Shown one piece after another: positions 60,154 through 64,000 of a DNA stretch of 64,000 bases (within the stretch, counting starts at the first letter, position 1; every line of letters begins with the position of its first letter). The DNA lies in NCBI GenBank assembly GCA_023920165.1, contig CP089277.1, positions 3,782,001 to 3,846,000 of the forward strand. The letters are read 5' to 3'. Origin of the DNA: Curvularia clavata (lineage: Eukaryota). Both the position numbers and the translations under genes were made by a program. Under the pieces are notes generated by a model that was not told the DNA's origin, made no database searches, and saw only the letters and a program-made list of their open reading frames with translations.

Positions 60154-60218
60154 GAACACGAGGCCGAAAAGCAGGAACGCCGACGCCGAAGAGCAGGAAG
60201 ACGAGGCCGAAGAGTAGG
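60131..60218 (+). repeat. Four imperfect 21-22 bp tandem copies (AACACCGAGGCCGAAGAGTAGG-like) spanning the ngg1 stop codon
   Basis: aacaccgaggccgaagagtagg / aacacgaggccgaaaagcagg / aacgccgacgccgaagagcagg / aagacgaggccgaagagtagg. Confidence 0.85.
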
Positions 60219-61596
60219 GTTCCTGAGGCCAAATGGTAGTTGGTCGTACTTGAACACCAAGTAATGCAACGTTGGAGTCGAGTAAGAGAATTTGTGCATG
60301 GACGCTGGGGGACCCATGTTATTGCTGGCAGAGAGAGCTCAGCACTCTGCATTGGCGGGTCTATCCCCTCGTTTATTCGGTTGTTCTAGGCCAGACTGCT
60401 CTTGTATACGAGCATTGGGTACAGAAAAGGCCCTAGCTGGCAGGTTAATGCTATGATACCATCCCTTGCTACACAACACCTTGCGCTGTGAACACGTTTA
60501 CTTTTCTTCCTACGTGTGCATCCTTCAGGTGAAAAGCAAATTAGAATAGCACACTGTAGATTGCTTTTCCCCTTAAATGCTAGTCTTGCTTTGGCTGGTA
60601 GTGGATGCAATATGTATGGCAGCGTGTCACTTGTCGTGCCTTCCTTATCTATTTACCCAGCTTGCATGCCCAAGAACCGCCACCCGGCGCTTCATCCACC
60701 ACCACCCGTGAAACGCTGGCAATGAGAGGTGCGGCTTTTATATGCTTCACCATCAGCCTCCGACACAGGTGCTTTGCAGCCAGTAGGCGCATTGCCCATA
60801 TATATCCGTTGATGAATAACACGAACCTGGGACTTGCCGCGACCCTCGAACGACTGTTTTGTTAATTAAAGAAAAAAAGTCTAATGATCCCTCACCTTCG
60901 CTAGAGGATCCGAGTTTCCCCAGGAAGCACAGCTCATCAGCCGTTCCGCCGCTCGGTCGCGACCGAGACCCGGTCTTTTCAATCTATTAGATTGCAGCCT
61001 TCGCCTATCGAGCATCCGCTATGCACCAGTCGTGCTATTTCAATCTCCAGCAGAACACAAAAATATGCAGACCATGCCTGTATCCCAGCAAGCATGTCTT
61101 GACATCCAAATGTTCCAGAGCACAGCTGCCCTGCATTTGGCGGATGCGGCTTCGTTTTTTCCTTGGTCGTCCTCGTTCCTAAGTTTACTACCAATATCGA
61201 CAAACGCACTTCATATCGCCACGCATGGCAACCATGCCTGCTTCGTTGCCGTCTCCGAAGGAGCGATATAGGAGCTAAACGCAGCATTGAATTTCAACAG
61301 TCATTGGCCGCGTTCTTTTGCACTAGATGGACATGTTCCATTCAGAGGCGTTCTGCTGCACTGCGGGGAAGTGTGACTAGCACAAAAAAAGTTATTCAGA
61401 CTTGGAGTATGGTGCCTTCTTGAATTGGGTTCTAGGTCGCATACTTATATCCTAGAGCAAGATATAAATGACCGTTGCCCATGGCTTGCTAGTTGAATCT
61501 CAACAGAGGGCTTCATTACTTTTCCATCATTCTCAATTGACACCCCTACCGGCCTTGTCTAGACTTCCAACCCTTTTCAAGTCAAAGTAGTCCACG

Positions 61597-62247
61597 ATGA
61601 AGTACGCACTGACAGCTCTTGTCCTTGCGGTTGTTGCAATTGCGGCACCGACAAGCCAAGCCCCAGACTCTTTCAAGATAAGGAACGTGGTTTCTGGTGG
61701 TTCCGGATGTCCACAAGGCAGTATCGACATTGACTGGACAGACCAAGGCATTCTGCCCATCTGTAAGTCTGGACCGGTTCACACAATCTCCTGCTATCTC
61801 TGACTATGGCCAGACTTCAGCAAGCAGTTCACTGCCCGCGTAGGCAGTGGCAAAGGCGTAGAAGAGTCGCGAAAGAACTGCCAGATCAACCTCGCCCTCG
61901 AATTCAGCCCCGGCTTCTCCTTTGCCGTCTTCAGCGCAGACTACGCTGGCTGGGGCCAACTCGACAGTGGTGTCACGGGCAACGTAAAGTCAACATACTA
62001 CTTCTCTGGTCAGCAAGACCAGACCTCATCGGCGCTCAGCATCGCTGGTCCGTTTAACGGCGGATACTACAAGCAAGACAACGTGCCTTTGGCAGTCTGG
62101 TCGCCCTGTGGCCAGGACGCCTTACTCAACATTAACAGCGAGGTTGCACTGACGCCAATCGCTACATCAGCCAATGGTGTGCTTGCTGCAACAAAAGAGT
62201 CTGGTAGATTCACGTCGAATTTGTACGTCCAGTGGAAGAAGTGTTGA
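61597..62247 (+). CDS. Small secreted protein, DUF4360-like; intron 61763-61813
   Basis: Signal peptide, GGSGCPQGS, ESRKNCQINL, VWSPCG, LLNINSEV and terminal QWKKC. Confidence 0.88.
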
Positions 62248-62561
62248 AGATGGAATTTCGCCGCGTGTGCCGCGGGAATTTTCCTTATGACAGTAGCGGA
62301 CAGGTGTTAGGTGCTTGGTAAATATTTTGTTTGTCTTGGCTTTGAATGAAAAAAAGATTTCTACTTTGATCTCCGCTGCACGTGGCAGGACATGGGCACA
62401 CACACGTGTGTGTATGGACCTGCGTACATCTCACCCCACTTCCTTATTCAGCAGTTGAGAAAATTAGCGTGGCCCTCCCAGAACAAGGAGCAAATCACGC
62501 TGATGACAAATGTCACACGGGAACGGGGACTACCGGTAGCTGCGGAGATTGGCATCTTGTA

Positions 62562-64000
62562 CGGAGGTGCCCGTCAAAAGTCTTTGCCCACCTGGGCGAG
62601 CAGGGGTATATGCACTATTCTTAATTGGGAATCATCTCCGAGCTTACGTGGCTTATCCTTCTCAACCTCAAGTTTACACTCTATACTTTGTATTCTATCT
62701 ATTAGTCTTAGTACTATCGCTATGGTTTATCACGATAATTCTACTCGTGCTGCAGTTGTAGTTCTTAAGGCTATAGGCAAGCCAAATCATGAGATTACTG
62801 GACTTACTGGAGTTGAGAAGCGTACGATTAACTCTATCTATGCGCGAGCAATTGAGCGAGGCTTTGATCCAGGCCTCCGGCCACTACAGCTTGAAGACAA
62901 GCACCTTGAAGATGCCCATCGATCTGGGCGGCCATCTAAGCGGTCTACAGTCTCTCAGCAAGTAGTAGACACCGTACGCACCGATCGATATGGGCGAGAA
63001 AAGTCTTGTACTGACATTGCTGGCTTGCTAAGCCAACAAGGATTCAATGTCTCAGCATCTACAGTCAGGCGAGTCTTAAGAGAGGAAGGCTTCAGGAAGA
63101 CCAAGCCGACGAGGAAGCCTGGGTTGACGAAGCAGATGAGGGAGGAACGATATAGGTGGTGCCTAGAGCACGCAGACTGGACGCTTAAGGACTGGAAGAA
63201 CGTCATCTGGTCAGACGAAACCTCTATTGTTCTTAACCATAGACGTGGTGGATATAGGATATGGAGAAAAGCAGATGAGGCCTTCGTACGGAGCTGCATT
63301 CGCGAGAGATGGAAAGGCTATTCTGAGTTTATGTTTTGGGGCTGTTTCTCGTACGATAAGAAAGGGCCCTGCCACTGCTGGACACCAGAAACAAATAAAG
63401 AGAAAGAGGCTGCTACTACTTGGATTGATGAACTAAATGAGAAGCTTGAGCCTATCAAGAAGGCTGAGTGGGAGCTTGAAAATGGTATACGTCGTCTTGA
63501 CCTCCGGAACAAGCCTGGCCGACAGCCTCAGTGGAGGTGGAATAAGAGGACAGGAAAGCTTAGCCGACGTGATGGCTCAGGAATCGACTGGTATCGATAT
63601 CAGACAGTTATTCTTCTACCAAAACTAATTCCTTTTGCAAAGGAATGTAAGGCTAATCGACCTAGAACAGTCGTACAGGAAGATAAGGCGCCTTCTCACG
63701 ACCACTATGTTCAAAGCTATATTTATAGTCTTCATGATATTGAGAAGATTCTTTAGTGTGGGAACTCGCCTGACTTAAATGCGATTGAGCCTTGCTGGCC
63801 ATGGATGAAAAGAGCTACTACTAAGAAGGGGGCGCCTAAGAACAGAGCAGAGGGAATACGGGTATGGGAGCGGTGCTGGAGAGACCTACCTCAGGAGAAA
63901 ATACAGGCTTGGATTGAGCGAATTTCATTTCACATACAACAGATTATTAGACTCGAAGGTGGTAACGAGTATAAGGAGGGTAGGCGGCTTAGGAAGCCAG
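62562..64000 (+). mobile_element. Tc1/mariner (DD34E) DNA transposon, cut by the window edge
   Basis: Candidate left end TA|CGGAGGTGCCCGTCAAAAGTCTTTGCCCACC at 62560-62562 (inferred; the right TIR is not in the window). A transposase follows. Confidence 0.85.
62722..64000 (+). pseudogene. Tc1-like transposase with an in-frame TAG at 63754-63756
   Basis: RSGRP, HTH (SASTVRRVL), KPGLT, VIWSDE and QEDKAPSH, then KIL*CGNSPDLNAIEPCW (34 positions between the second D and E). The TAG occupies the conserved Trp of W-x-x-x-SPDLN. Confidence 0.9.

Noticed and set aside
60131..60218. Short direct repeats as a CRISPR-like array
   Set aside because: The units are contiguous with no unique spacers, the context is eukaryotic and there are no cas genes.
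62392..62721. Upstream extension of the transposase ORF (454 aa in the track)
   Set aside because: It crosses the inferred element boundary and TIR. Transposase-like sequence begins at the ATG at 62722.

Overview
Gene-dense eukaryotic DNA from a filamentous ascomycete (short GT-AG introns with CTRAC/CTAAC branch points; the gene set suggests Dothideomycetes/Pleosporales, which is an inference). About 22 protein-coding loci were reconstructed by hand-splicing. They are: cutinase, M28 metalloprotease, a conserved hypothetical protein, COP9 subunit 7, Ccc2-type Cu ATPase, Rab4-like GTPase, PAF-acetylhydrolase, a stand-alone SRA/YDG protein, Noc2, Vps28, an Rrg1-like methyltransferase, xylitol dehydrogenase, NoxD/Pro41, NoxA, L-arabinitol dehydrogenase, an accessory-looking block (~38.6-49.2 kb) with an amber-interrupted trypsin-like protease and two membrane-protein genes, Pxa1, a Zn2Cys6 factor, a membrane RING-H2 ligase, Ada3/Ngg1 and a DUF4360-like secreted protein. 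A Tc1-like DD34E transposon runs off the right edge. The most notable observations are: (1) a head-to-head noxD/noxA module bracketed by the two pentitol dehydrogenases; (2) a divergent gene pair whose only visible lesions are in-frame TAG codons (RIP-type decay versus editing/readthrough); (3) a possible non-AUG mitochondrial presequence on the PAF-AH gene. No rRNA, tRNA or CRISPR array was recognised. Family assignments come from motif recognition, not database searches.
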